Origin: Candidatus Collierbacteria bacterium GW2011_GWB2_45_17
Lineage (GTDB): Bacteria; Patescibacteriota; Microgenomatia; UBA1400; MFAQ01
Assembly: GCA_001001485.1 (NCBI GenBank)
Contig: LCKO01000002.1
Span: 47,567-111,566 of the forward strand
Direction: 5' to 3'
Length of the DNA: 64,000 nucleotides
The notes beneath the pieces were generated by a model. The model had not been told where the DNA came from, searched no databases, and saw only the letters and a program-made list of their open reading frames with translations. Positions 17,794 to 27,348 of the stretch are shown here, one piece after another; within the stretch, counting starts at the first letter, position 1, and each line of letters starts with the position of its first letter. The position numbers and the translations under genes were made by a program.

Positions 17794-18885
17794 ATGACAA
17801 ACTTCAGCATCAATGGTTTCGGCCGCATTGGACGTTCTGCCACCAGAGTCTGGCTAGCCAGCCACCTCGATGACTTCAATCTTTGCGCTATCAACACTTC
17901 CGGCTCTCAAGACGTCTCCGGCTGGGCCTACCTGCTCAAGTACGATACCGCCTACGGCCCCCTGCCTTACCCCATTACCTCCGAAGAACTTCAAAAGCCC
18001 GATCAAGTCACCGATGAAAATCCTCTTTTGGGCTACATTACGGTTGAACATCCAAAAAGAGCCGTAAAAATCCCCATTCTGGCTCAAAGAGACCCGGCCA
18101 AGATCCCGTGGAGCCAATTTGGAGCCGAAGTCGTTATCGAGTGTACGGGAGCCTTCACTTCTCTCGAGAAAGCCACTCTCCATCTCCAAGGCGGAGCCAA
18201 AATGGTGGTTCTTTCCGCTCCTCCGAATGGCGAAGGTGTTCCGACAGCTCTACTTGGTGTCAACGAGCAGGAAGTTATCGGCAAAGACAAAGTAAATACC
18301 ATTTCCGTCATTAGTAATGCCTCTTGTACCACCAATAGTATCGCCCCCGTAGCCGACCTGCTTCATGAAAAGCTTGGAATTCTCAAAGCCATGTTGACCA
18401 CGGTCCACGGCTACACCGACGATCAAAATCTTCAGGACAACTCTCACCGTGATCTCCGCCGGGGCCGAGCCGCCGCCGCCAACATCATTCCCACCAGTAC
18501 CGGCGCCGCCATCGCCGCTACCCAAGCCATTCCCGAGCTCAAAGGTCTCTTTGATGGTATCGCCCTCCGTGTTCCTGTCATTACTGGTTCCATTACCGAC
18601 TTCACCTTTATTACCCAAAGAGCCACTTCGGTGGAAGAAGTTAATCAAATCTTTATCGATGCGGCTAATACCCCCAGATACAAAAACATTCTGGCTGTTA
18701 CCGATGAGCCCATGGTCTCTTCCGACGTCATTGGTCGTTCAGAGTCCAGCGTGGTGGATTTGAAGATGACCAGGGTCGTCGACGGTACCATGGTCAAAGT
18801 TCTGGCTTGGTACGACAACGAATGGGGCTATGCCAACCGTCTTATCGAAGAAACCATCAAAGTCAGCCAGTCTCTAGAACCCTAA
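17794..18885 (+). CDS. gap: Glyceraldehyde-3-phosphate dehydrogenase, type I
   Basis: INGFGRIGR, SNASCTTN active-site Cys, WYDNEWGY. Confidence 0.95.
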   Translation: MTNFSINGFGRIGRSATRVWLASHLDDFNLCAINTSGSQDVSGWAYLLKYDTAYGPLPYPITSEELQKPDQVTDENPLLGYITVEHPKRAVKIPILAQRDPAKIPWSQFGAEVVIECTGAFTSLEKATLHLQGGAKMVVLSAPPNGEGVPTALLGVNEQEVIGKDKVNTISVISNASCTTNSIAPVADLLHEKLGILKAMLTTVHGYTDDQNLQDNSHRDLRRGRAAAANIIPTSTGAAIAATQAIPELKGLFDGIALRVPVITGSITDFTFITQRATSVEEVNQIFIDAANTPRYKNILAVTDEPMVSSDVIGRSESSVVDLKMTRVVDGTMVKVLAWYDNEWGYANRLIEETIKVSQSLEP

Positions 18886-18937
18886 CAGCTGGAACCGAAG
18901 CAAATTGCATGATGAATCTCAAGTAAAATAAGTATTA

Positions 18938-19654
18938 ATGATTATTTCGTCTCCAACACTAGAACAGATTTTGGTCTTGGCTAAAAAGCACAGAATCATC
19001 GCCATGGGTGAAATGCATGGAGTTAGAGAGAACCCAGAAATAGTACAGAAAGTTATCGACTACCTAAAGAAACAATACTCAATCATAGTTGGTTTTGAGT
19101 ATCCACAATTACTTCTAGACTGGCTAGACAAGCCATTTGAAGAACTGAAAAACACTTCGCCGGCAAACTTCCTTATCCAAGATGGAAGATTTTCCATTTA
19201 TCACTATGACCTTCTTAAGAACCTGGTTAATACAGATGTACCAGTGTTTGGGTTCGACCTCAACACCAATGAACAAAACAAACAAATGGCAAACACCTTG
19301 GACTGGAGAGACTCTATTATGGCGAGGAATATCAACCAAATATTATCAAATATACCGGAAAATCAAAAAGTCTTGCTTGTGACAGGTGATATGCATTTTC
19401 AGACCAAAACTCAAAATGTAATGTATCCAGATAATACGGGAACCCTTCGGCCAGTGAAATACATACCCACAGGAGAGCAAATCAATGTAGATTCAATTCT
19501 GGCCCTGCATTTAAGATATCTCTCTGGAGAGTTTTACAATAAAAAGCTTAAACCAATGCCAAAAATAACCATGGTTAAAGAAAGCTCGTTTCGTGATAAA
19601 GACGATTTACTGGAAATAGATATTGAATCTGCCCATACCACAATAACCAATTAG
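18938..19654 (+). CDS. ChaN/Tiki/TraB-superfamily-like protein (GExHxxxxN motif)
   Basis: IIAMGEMHGVRENPEIVQ..IIVGFEYP and later VTGDMHF resemble ChaN-family core; AT-rich by eye. Confidence 0.4.
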   Translation: MIISSPTLEQILVLAKKHRIIAMGEMHGVRENPEIVQKVIDYLKKQYSIIVGFEYPQLLLDWLDKPFEELKNTSPANFLIQDGRFSIYHYDLLKNLVNTDVPVFGFDLNTNEQNKQMANTLDWRDSIMARNINQILSNIPENQKVLLVTGDMHFQTKTQNVMYPDNTGTLRPVKYIPTGEQINVDSILALHLRYLSGEFYNKKLKPMPKITMVKESSFRDKDDLLEIDIESAHTTITN

Positions 19655-19671
19655 GAGAAAAATCCAAATCT

Positions 19672-19744
19672 GAGGCCGGAGCGGGAATTGAACCCGCGCA
19701 TAGAGGTTTTGCAGACCACCGCGTTACCACTTCGCCATCCGGCC
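19672..19744 (-). tRNA. tRNA-Cys (anticodon GCA)
   Basis: Reverse complement folds as cloverleaf: acceptor GGCCGGA/TCCGGCC, T-arm GCGGG-TTCAATT-CCCGC, anticodon loop CTGCAAA; short D-arm; one T.T mismatch in anticodon stem. Confidence 0.8.
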
Positions 19745-19791
19745 GTAACTAACACGCACTATTTTAACATTTTCTGATACACTAGGATATT

Positions 19792-20682
19792 ATGAGGACT
19801 AGACTTCTACGTACACTGCCCATTCTATTATTTTCTATCTTCCTTGCTGGCTGTCAGCTCAACCCTTTTGCCAAAAAAGCCGGCATCCAAATTACCTCTC
19901 AGCCCGACGCTAACGTAGTCATCAACGGTAAATCTGTGGGTAAAACCCCCTACTACGTCGAGAATGCCGACGCCGGTAATGCCAGCATTCAGATGACTGC
20001 CATCGGCTCCGGCCAATCCTGGGAAGGCAAGGTTAACTTGGTTAGCGGTACACTCACCACTGTTCATCGTGATTTTGGCGTTACTCCGGACAAATCTCAA
20101 AGCTACACTCTCTCTTTCGAAAAGCTCGCCAACAACAAAGATTCATCGATAAGTATTATCAGTCTTCCGGCCAGCGCCACCGTCAGTATTGATGGTAAAC
20201 CTGCCGGATTTACTCCCATTACCAATGACATTTCTGCCGGCCCTCACGTCTTTTCTTTCACCGCCCCGGGCTATCAAGACAAGATCGTCAACGCTGCTGT
20301 TCAAGAGGGTTATCGTCTAGTTCTGAATCTCACTATGGCAACAATGGATGTTGTTCCCACCCCCACCCCAACTCCGGTAGCTACTTCTTCAGCCACCATT
20401 ACTCCCAAGCCTACCGCCACGGTCGCCATCACCCCACTTCCCAAACAGGCCTCATCTTCTGCCGCCATGGCCAAGCCCTATGTCGAAATTCTCGCTACTC
20501 CTACCAATTTTCTAAGAGTCCGTGAAACTGCCTCGGTCAACGGTACCGAACTGGCTAAGGTTAACCCGGGTGACAAATTCGCCTACAAAGAGTTGGAATC
20601 TACCACTACCTGGTACTCCATCGAATACATCAAGGGCTCCTGGGGATTCGTCTCCTCTCAATACGCCAAACTAGTTAAATAA
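19792..20682 (+). CDS. Lipoprotein with two PEGA domains and C-terminal SH3b-like domain
   Basis: Lipobox LAGC; PEGA-like ANVVINGKSVGKTPY and ATVSIDGKPAGFTP; TPTPTP linker; C-terminal bacterial SH3-like block. Confidence 0.5.
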   Translation: MRTRLLRTLPILLFSIFLAGCQLNPFAKKAGIQITSQPDANVVINGKSVGKTPYYVENADAGNASIQMTAIGSGQSWEGKVNLVSGTLTTVHRDFGVTPDKSQSYTLSFEKLANNKDSSISIISLPASATVSIDGKPAGFTPITNDISAGPHVFSFTAPGYQDKIVNAAVQEGYRLVLNLTMATMDVVPTPTPTPVATSSATITPKPTATVAITPLPKQASSSAAMAKPYVEILATPTNFLRVRETASVNGTELAKVNPGDKFAYKELESTTTWYSIEYIKGSWGFVSSQYAKLVK

Positions 20683-20687
20683 GTCAC

Positions 20688-20722
20688 GTCATTGCGAAGT
20701 CGCTTAAGCGACCGCGGCAATC
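20688..20722 (+). repeat. Family A mini-element copy A2 (gtcattgcgaag-TCGCTTAAGCGA-ccgcggcaatc), 6 nt after stop of upstream gene
   Basis: Internal 12-nt perfect palindrome; same architecture as 25169 copy. Confidence 0.8.
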
Positions 20723-20740
20723 TATACAGATTTTCCTAAA

Positions 20741-20776
20741 CTTGAGTTCTTGATTCCTAGAGTTCTAGAGTTCTTT
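20741..20776 (+). repeat. Family B repeat copy B2 (cttgagtt cttgattc ctagagtt ctagagtt cttttt), intergenic, adjacent to A2
   Basis: Four degenerate 8-mers read directly. Confidence 0.8.
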
Positions 20777-20777
20777 T

Positions 20778-21707
20778 TTACCCCACGTAATACAACACCC
20801 CGATCACCATTACCCCCCACGAAATTACCGTGGCCATCAGCGGTTTGTCGGACAGCAGAATTCTCTCCGGACTTTCACCCTCATTTCTTTCGTAAATCAG
20901 TTGTAGATATCTCATAATGCCGTAAACCACAAAGGGAATGGTGACCATCAGCCATTTTTCCGAGATCAGTGTTCTCGGTAGTATGGAAATAATATCCAGA
21001 GCTCTACCGTCCGGAATAATTCTCGGGTGATTGAAAGTAAACAAAGCGTAGGTAATCCAAGTTCCGGTCGCGAACATGGCGGTATAAATATCTAAAAGAT
21101 GTTCGGTGTATCTTTTAAGTGTCGCTCTTGTCTCTGCCTCTTTGTAGTTAAGGAGCAGGGTCATCTCGCTTCTTCTTTTTCCTACGGCCAGAAAGAGCGA
21201 GGCCGCGATCACCGTCATTAGAAACCACACATCCATATGCGCCGATATCGTAAAAGCGCCGGCGTAAACTCGGATCAAGTATCCGGAAGCGATCACAATC
21301 ACGTCCACAATCGGGACATTCTTCAAATAAGAGGTGTAAAAAATCTGCAGTATCAAGTAAGCCAGTCCGCTTATAAACAAGTAGTAGTTTATCTGCATGG
21401 CCCATGAAAGTCCCACCACTACCCCTACCACCAAAGAAAAAATGGCCATCGGTATCGGTAATCCCCCCGAAGCAATTGGTCTTGATTTTTTATACGGATG
21501 TTTCCGGTCTGCCTCGACGTCGACTAGATCGTTAAAGATATAAGTGATACTGCTAAAAATCGTAAAAACCAAAAACGCCTGAAAGACTAAGCTAAACGCC
21601 CCTTCTTGAAAAAGAAGACCCGAAAAAACCAAAGCCGCAAAAAGAGCGAAGTTTTTTACCCATTGTCTGGGGCGGACCGTTTTGAATAGCGCCAGGAGTA
21701 TTGCCAT
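20778..21707 (-). CDS. UbiA-family prenyltransferase (decaprenyl-phosphate phosphoribosyltransferase-like)
   Basis: NDLVDVEADRKHPYKKSRPIASG Asp-rich motif; 8-9 TM helices. Confidence 0.7.
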   Translation of the reverse strand: MAILLALFKTVRPRQWVKNFALFAALVFSGLLFQEGAFSLVFQAFLVFTIFSSITYIFNDLVDVEADRKHPYKKSRPIASGGLPIPMAIFSLVVGVVVGLSWAMQINYYLFISGLAYLILQIFYTSYLKNVPIVDVIVIASGYLIRVYAGAFTISAHMDVWFLMTVIAASLFLAVGKRRSEMTLLLNYKEAETRATLKRYTEHLLDIYTAMFATGTWITYALFTFNHPRIIPDGRALDIISILPRTLISEKWLMVTIPFVVYGIMRYLQLIYERNEGESPERILLSDKPLMATVISWGVMVIGVLYYVG

Positions 21708-22741
21708 AGTACGAAAACCAACATTAGTATAACCAATCCTATCATGATGAAGAGCTTACTTCTAGCCTCAAACTTCACTGCCGCTACTCCCAAGATAGCC
21801 GTCACCAGCCAATAAAATAAAGCCACTCTCCTCTTTCCCCAGCCCATCTCCAGTAATTTATGATGCAGGTGCCCCTTGTCTCCCCAGACCGGAGACTTTC
21901 CGGAAGCCACTCTCTTGATCGTTAGATAAATAAAGTCGATCAAAGGTACTCCCAATACTACCAGCACAGTGCCCACTTTTGCCGTGGCTAAAATTGAGAT
22001 CACTCCCAAAAGCAAACCGGCCAATGACGTCGCCGAGTACCCGGGCATAATTTTCTGCGGATAGAAGTGAAATACGGTTAGTCCTGCAAAAGCTCCGGCT
22101 AGAGCGAAAGCCAGCGTCGCCACCGGCCATTGGGTAATATCGGCGCTGTAAGTCAGAGATATTATTCCCACGATCAAAGCGGCGATCATTACCACCCCGC
22201 TAATTTGGCCATCGACTCCGGAGGACCAGTTTATCGCGTTCATCAAAATTGGGATCCACAACAGCGCAAACAGGTCGGCCAAAATCCAGATCTCATGATG
22301 TCTACCCAGCAGGTCGAAACCAATTCTTGGTTGAGATAGATCAATAATTCCGCCAAAGGGATTGGAAATAAAAGCGATACCAATCCCCGAAGCCACGATA
22401 ATTCCCACCGCCAAAAAATTAACGGCTAACCTTAGATATGGATTCATTCCTCGGACATCATCGATGAGGCCGGCCACTACGGTGATACCGGCCGCCAAAG
22501 CAATCGCAATTAAATGTTTATCCAGCTTCAAAAGAAGAGCCATGGTCACAAATACTGCCAAGAAAATTGCCAAACCACCGCCCTTAGGCACCGGCACATT
22601 ATGAATATGAGCCGGATGGGGGCTTTTCTTAGGGTCGATGACAAAACCCATTTTTGTAAAAAACCAAATAGTTAAAGGTGTAACCATCAGACTAAGTAGT
22701 AAGGAAATAAAGAAGGGCAAAAAAGTAATTAATGGATTCAT
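21656..22741 (-). CDS. Glycosyltransferase family 4, MraY/WecA-like polyprenyl-phosphate sugar-1-phosphate transferase
   Basis: MraY/WecA-like multi-TM topology with cytoplasmic DD..R (LIDDVRG) motif. Confidence 0.7.
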   Translation of the reverse strand: MNPLITFLPFFISLLLSLMVTPLTIWFFTKMGFVIDPKKSPHPAHIHNVPVPKGGGLAIFLAVFVTMALLLKLDKHLIAIALAAGITVVAGLIDDVRGMNPYLRLAVNFLAVGIIVASGIGIAFISNPFGGIIDLSQPRIGFDLLGRHHEIWILADLFALLWIPILMNAINWSSGVDGQISGVVMIAALIVGIISLTYSADITQWPVATLAFALAGAFAGLTVFHFYPQKIMPGYSATSLAGLLLGVISILATAKVGTVLVVLGVPLIDFIYLTIKRVASGKSPVWGDKGHLHHKLLEMGWGKRRVALFYWLVTAILGVAAVKFEARSKLFIMIGLVILMLVFVLWQYSWRYSKRSAPDNG

Positions 22742-23073
22742 AGACCAATAATTATCTGTATAACTCTGAAAAAACTAGCCGCCGCCAAGATTACGGCCAC
22801 CAGCCCTCCCGTCATGATGGCAATCTCCACCGGAACATCCTCTTTGCTGGCCCATCGGGCAATCGCTCGAGTCATATAAAGCGAAGCAACCAAGCCTATT
22901 ATCACTCCAATCAGAGTTAATTTACCCACCAACTGTTGTTCACCTGAAGGCAAAGAGTAAAACCAGGGAACTTGTGGGGGGAGAGCTTTCCAAAACCAGG
23001 CCAAGGTCAGTCCCATGAGAACAATGACTATCTCACCAGTCAAAAAAATTTTCTTCACGGTCTTATTTTTCAT
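22738..23073 (-). CDS. Small membrane protein (DUF2304-like, often paired with GT2)
   Basis: 111 aa, 3 TM segments, 4-nt overlaps with flanking GT genes suggest operon. Confidence 0.35.
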   Translation of the reverse strand: MKNKTVKKIFLTGEIVIVLMGLTLAWFWKALPPQVPWFYSLPSGEQQLVGKLTLIGVIIGLVASLYMTRAIARWASKEDVPVEIAIMTGGLVAVILAAASFFRVIQIIIGL

Positions 23074-24578
23074 TAAACTTTTTTAGTTGTTACTCTGTAC
23101 TCCATATATCTTCCCATCATCAGACGGGTATGGGCATCGAGACCCGGCAGAGCCGAAAAGAAAAAGCCCACCACCGGTAGCAGAATAAATTCAAAGGGTG
23201 CTAATATTTTTCTCCATACAGGTAAGTTCGTTACTTTTGGTCTGGTTTTTAAATCTATCAATATCATTGCCATCAAGCTGATTAAAGACATGGTCAGGAT
23301 AGCCGAAGATACCTGAGGCAGGGTTTTCCCGATCACGGTTCTGGAAAAAGTCGGATTCAAAAGTGGCGGCATATTCGCTCCTACTGTAATGATGAACCAG
23401 TGAACCGGCCACATAAAATGGTCCTCCATTACCTTAAAAACTCTGATTGTCTTGTCCCAAAAAGGCGCTTCATCATCCAAGATATATCTCTTGATAATGT
23501 AAGCATCATCGCTCGCCCCCCACGCCCATCTTTTTACTTGTTCATAGGTATTGGTGTAAGTGCTCCAGAATCCATTGGCTTCCGCCGCATCGGCCGAAAC
23601 CGAAATAAAGAGCGGCTCTACCTCTACCTCCCCCTTGGTCGCAAAATAGGTTTTAAAGAAAATCCGGTAATCTTCGGGGATGACATCGGTATCCCAGTAG
23701 TCAATCTCATTCATCAATCTCAAACTCAAGGTATAAGTGGAAAAATTTATCAATCTATCGGGTCTCGATAGCTGAGCCATATAAATGACACTACTCATCC
23801 TATTAAATACTCTCATCGGCCAAGGAATTCTTTCAATATTGTTATAAAAAACAATCGCTCCCTGCCAAATCTTCTTGTATCTGTTTGGATCATCGAGGAA
23901 AGAATAGGTCAGCGCCGCCAAATGATTAGGATGCAGAGCCACATCGCAGTCCACCGAAGAGATGGTTAGCTTGTCTATATTCCAATCTCTGTGTTTGTTC
24001 AGTTCTTTCCGGAACTCTTTGCCTACCCATGAGGCATTGCTGGACTTACCCACCACTTCCCCCTCCAGATTGGCTGGATGATAGGTAAAAAATAAACTGG
24101 CAAATGTATCCTTAAATTTTTCTTTGAGCAACTTTTCTCTTTCCGAGTTTATCTCTGCCCCGGCTCTCTCTTCAAAACCTATTATTGGAATAATTTGTTT
24201 GGGACCAATCGTTTGTTTCTTTAACGCCTCCAAGGTTCTTTGTAGAATCTCCCCCGGTTCTTTGAAGGTCGGTAAGACAATCACGTGTTTTACCTCTTTC
24301 CAGTCCGCAAAGCCAAAGACATCTCCCATCCAGTCATACTTTTCCCAAGCCTTTATCCGGTAATAAGACATTACCCCCGCCCAGGCCAAAGACGCCGATC
24401 GGTAAAGCCAGTAGACGTTGAAGGCGATAATGAAGTAGGCGACGCCAATCGGCCAGAAAATCGACCCCCAGATGGGGAACAAAATAAATGTCCAGCTGGT
24501 TAGTCCGGGCAGAATCTCCAAAGCTCTTTGGCTCCCGTTTGGATATCTTTTGATTAAATATCTAAGGAATATAAACAT
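23073..24578 (-). CDS. Membrane-bound glycosyltransferase family 2-like protein
   Basis: N-terminal TMs, GT-A-like core (VLPTFKEP..DCDVALHPNHL), C-terminal TMs. Confidence 0.55.
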   Translation of the reverse strand: MFIFLRYLIKRYPNGSQRALEILPGLTSWTFILFPIWGSIFWPIGVAYFIIAFNVYWLYRSASLAWAGVMSYYRIKAWEKYDWMGDVFGFADWKEVKHVIVLPTFKEPGEILQRTLEALKKQTIGPKQIIPIIGFEERAGAEINSEREKLLKEKFKDTFASLFFTYHPANLEGEVVGKSSNASWVGKEFRKELNKHRDWNIDKLTISSVDCDVALHPNHLAALTYSFLDDPNRYKKIWQGAIVFYNNIERIPWPMRVFNRMSSVIYMAQLSRPDRLINFSTYTLSLRLMNEIDYWDTDVIPEDYRIFFKTYFATKGEVEVEPLFISVSADAAEANGFWSTYTNTYEQVKRWAWGASDDAYIIKRYILDDEAPFWDKTIRVFKVMEDHFMWPVHWFIITVGANMPPLLNPTFSRTVIGKTLPQVSSAILTMSLISLMAMILIDLKTRPKVTNLPVWRKILAPFEFILLPVVGFFFSALPGLDAHTRLMMGRYMEYRVTTKKV

Positions 24579-25411
24579 TTTGTATTTTGGCTAGTGATTT
24601 CTGCCAATTTAGGCAGGTCTAAGTTGAGTTCGGTAGCGACAAACTCAGCTATTATTTTAACATTCGCGGGTATGTTCACCGTCCCACGAAGCGGTTCTGG
24701 CGCTAAATATGGGCTATCCGTCTCCAGCAGTAACCTGTCCAAAGGCACCCTCCTCAGTAGTTCTCTCAGGTTCCCGGCCGTTTTGTAGGTAATGTTTCCA
24801 CAAAAACTGACGTAAAAACCTCGCTCCAGTATCATTTCCAAAAATTCCTCACTCCCGGCAAAACAATGAAATTGCCCCCGTAGGGGCGCATCGCGATGCG
24901 CCCGCCTAAAATTATCCAATTCATCCCTCATCTCCTCCTCCGCCTCCCGCATATGGATCGCCACCGGCAGATTATTCTCCACCGCGAGCTCCATTTGCCT
25001 CCTAAAAAGCTCTATCTGTTTTTCTTTCGTCTTTTTCTCTTTATCGTAGAAAAAATCCAGCCCTATCTCTCCAATTCCCACTACCCTCTTCGAACTTTTT
25101 ATTATTTCCTCTAATTCACCAATTACAACATCTGTCATTCCGGCCAGCGAGCCGGAATCCATCCCATCGTCATTGCGAGGTCGCCTAGGCGACCGTGACA
25201 ATCCATATAAATCTTCAACATTTTCCGGGTGAATCCCCACCAGGCAATACTGCTGATATTTCTCAGCAATCTCCACCGCCAGTTTGGCATCTTCTACACT
25301 GGTCGAGGGAAAGATCACTCTCTCCACTCCGGCTTCTTGGGCCCGCTTCAGCACCTCCCCAATGTCCGAGAATCTCCTGTCCGTCAGATGACAATGCGTA
25401 TCGATTAACAT
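24554..25411 (-). CDS. tatD: TatD-family metal-dependent DNase/hydrolase with in-frame tandem mini-element insertion
   Basis: MLIDTHCHL start, GIHPEN, GEIGLDFFY, ETDSPYL; 25-aa insert LSRSPRRPRNDDGMDSGSLAGMTD encoded by two family-A elements. Confidence 0.85.
   Translation of the reverse strand: MLIDTHCHLTDRRFSDIGEVLKRAQEAGVERVIFPSTSVEDAKLAVEIAEKYQQYCLVGIHPENVEDLYGLSRSPRRPRNDDGMDSGSLAGMTDVVIGELEEIIKSSKRVVGIGEIGLDFFYDKEKKTKEKQIELFRRQMELAVENNLPVAIHMREAEEEMRDELDNFRRAHRDAPLRGQFHCFAGSEEFLEMILERGFYVSFCGNITYKTAGNLRELLRRVPLDRLLLETDSPYLAPEPLRGTVNIPANVKIIAEFVATELNLDLPKLAEITSQNTKCLYSLDI
25134..25159 (+). repeat. Family A mini-element copy A3a (gtcATTCCGGccagcgagCCGGAATc), in-frame in tatD
   Basis: 8-bp inverted arms read directly. 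Confidence 0.8.
25169..25203 (+). repeat. Family A mini-element copy A3b (gtcattgcgagg-TCGCCTAGGCGA-ccgtgacaatc), in-frame in tatD, tandem with A3a
   Basis: Internal 12-nt perfect palindrome; near-twin of 20688 copy. Confidence 0.8.
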
Positions 25412-26827
25412 TTATTTCTCAATTCTCTGGAAAAGGTTTTCCCCTCGTTTAATTTCTTCTTTACCAAATTGCGCCATCAGCTTCTCGGCCGTCTCCGGCA
25501 TAAAAGGCACCATATCTGCCGCAATTTGCCGAATAATTCTCACGAGGTCCGTCAAGACAAACTCTTGATCTTCCCCCGTCAGTTTCCAAACTTCTCTCTG
25601 ATTAATTAAAGAGTCCGCCTTCTTCACGTCTTCCCAGATAAATTTCAAGGCTTCGTCAAATCTAAAGATCTTTAATTTATCCACCACTTCCTGGCTGATC
25701 TCCATTTTTTGTTCGGGCACCTTCAAACTGATCTTCTCGGCCATAGTCGCCACTCTCGCCGCCAAATTTCCGATACCATTGGCGAGATTCGTTTGGTACG
25801 CCTCTTCAAATCTATCAACAGTCACATCCGAATCTTCAAAAACACTCACTTCGGACAAGAGAAAATATCTCAAGGCATCCGCCCCATACTTCTCCGCCCA
25901 CTCCAGCGGATTAATCGTATTTCCAAGGCTCTTGCTAATTTTTTGCCCACCGGAAGTCAAAAACCCTCCTACCAAAACTTGCTTTGAAGTGGGCAGATCG
26001 GCCGACATCAGCATCGCTTGCCACATGGCTGTTTGTTGCCGGAGATTATCTTTGCCGCACACTTGCACCCCCGGCCAAAATTCCTTAAACCTTTTCGTAT
26101 TTTCTGGCCAGCCAAGGCATGAGATATAGTTCACCAGAGCATCAAACCACACGTAGATTATTTGTGTTGGGTCTCCGTGCACTTCTATTCCCCAGGGCAT
26201 TTTAGATTTGAGTCTCGATATCGAAAAATCCTGCAGACCTCCCTCTATAAAGATTCTCATCTCATTCTGTCGGAAATCGGGCATGACGAAATCGGGCTGT
26301 GCTTGGTAAAGACCCAGCAGTTTCTGTTGATAATTCGAAAATCTAAAGAAATAATTTTCCTCCTCGATATTTTGGAGTTTCTGAGTCGGATGTAGAGGAC
26401 ACTTCCCCTCCTCCAGCTCGGAATCGGTTTTTTCCAGCTCGCACCCCACGCAGTATTTTACTTTGTAAGTTTTTTTATAAATATCTCCCTTAGCTTCACA
26501 CAGTTTCCAAAACTCCTGCGCCGCTTGAATATGGTGCTCATCGGTTGTTCTGACAAAGTTGTCATATGACAAATTTAGCCCGGTTTTTAGTTGGCCAAAC
26601 TTGGCCGCATTCTCATCACAGTAGGCCTTTGGCTCTTGCCCCGCCTCCACTGCCATTTGATAAATCTTCTGCCCATGCTCATCCGTGCCGGTATTAAAGA
26701 AAACTTCGTCCCCCAAAGCTCGATGCATTCTGGCCAGAACGTCGGCTCTGATTATCTCCATCGCAAAACCAATATGCGGTTCGGCATTTACGTAGGGTAA
26801 GGTGGTGGTGATATAAAACTTTCCCAT
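25412..26827 (-). CDS. metG: Methionyl-tRNA synthetase (short form)
   Basis: PYVNAEPHIGF (HIGH region), KISKSLGN (KMSKS), 471 aa. Confidence 0.9.
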   Translation of the reverse strand: MGKFYITTTLPYVNAEPHIGFAMEIIRADVLARMHRALGDEVFFNTGTDEHGQKIYQMAVEAGQEPKAYCDENAAKFGQLKTGLNLSYDNFVRTTDEHHIQAAQEFWKLCEAKGDIYKKTYKVKYCVGCELEKTDSELEEGKCPLHPTQKLQNIEEENYFFRFSNYQQKLLGLYQAQPDFVMPDFRQNEMRIFIEGGLQDFSISRLKSKMPWGIEVHGDPTQIIYVWFDALVNYISCLGWPENTKRFKEFWPGVQVCGKDNLRQQTAMWQAMLMSADLPTSKQVLVGGFLTSGGQKISKSLGNTINPLEWAEKYGADALRYFLLSEVSVFEDSDVTVDRFEEAYQTNLANGIGNLAARVATMAEKISLKVPEQKMEISQEVVDKLKIFRFDEALKFIWEDVKKADSLINQREVWKLTGEDQEFVLTDLVRIIRQIAADMVPFMPETAEKLMAQFGKEEIKRGENLFQRIEK

Positions 26828-26853
26828 TTCCCCATTTTACCCCAATAAACCCC

Positions 26854-26898
26854 GTCATTGCGAATCTCGTACTCGAGCTGTGGCAATCTCACTCCACC
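26854..26898 (+). repeat. Family A mini-element copy A4 (gtcattgcgaatctcgtactcgagctgtggcaatctcactccacc), fills metG / trpR-like intergenic gap and abuts stop codon at 26898-26900
   Basis: Shares both termini with 27349 and 62870 copies. Confidence 0.85.
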
Positions 26899-27260
26899 TA
26901 TCTGAATATCTTCTTTATCCCCCCTGTTATCTTCTCCGTCCAGTCACTGGCCCACTCTTCAGCCTTTATTCTCCTGATCATCTCTTGCCAGCCTGAGTTC
27001 CCCAAATTTTCCGCTACCGTGGCGATGGTGGCTGAGCTAACCTTAATATTATTTTTGATGTCTTCGTAGTTTCGGCCTTTATCAAGATAAAGTGCTATTC
27101 CCAGCCTTTTTATTACCGCCGTTCTCTCCCCCTCAGTTAGGACGTCACAGAGAACAGTCTTCAAGTCCTCCGGCGAGTCAATCTCTGCCAGTACCTGGTA
27201 AAACATCTGGTCTAACTGCTTCTCCAACGTCTTGTTAATTGGATTTTGTGAAACTTGCAT
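26898..27260 (-). CDS. TrpR-like (YerC/YecD family) small HTH protein
   Basis: 120 aa; HTH-like segment resembling Trp-repressor-like family; moderate. Confidence 0.4.
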   Translation of the reverse strand: MQVSQNPINKTLEKQLDQMFYQVLAEIDSPEDLKTVLCDVLTEGERTAVIKRLGIALYLDKGRNYEDIKNNIKVSSATIATVAENLGNSGWQEMIRRIKAEEWASDWTEKITGGIKKIFR

Positions 27261-27269
27261 ATTTCTGTC

Positions 27270-27319
27270 CTAAATAATAACCCTGCCTGCCGGTTTACCC
27301 GCCGTGGTGGGCAGGCAGG
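27270..27319 (-). terminator. Hairpin (cctgcctgcc-N18-ggcaggcagg) downstream of minus-strand membrane-protein gene, possible terminator
   Basis: 10-bp perfect stem read directly; U-rich-ish tract follows on minus strand. Confidence 0.35.
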
Positions 27320-27348
27320 TCTTTAATTAATTAAACCACACCTACATC

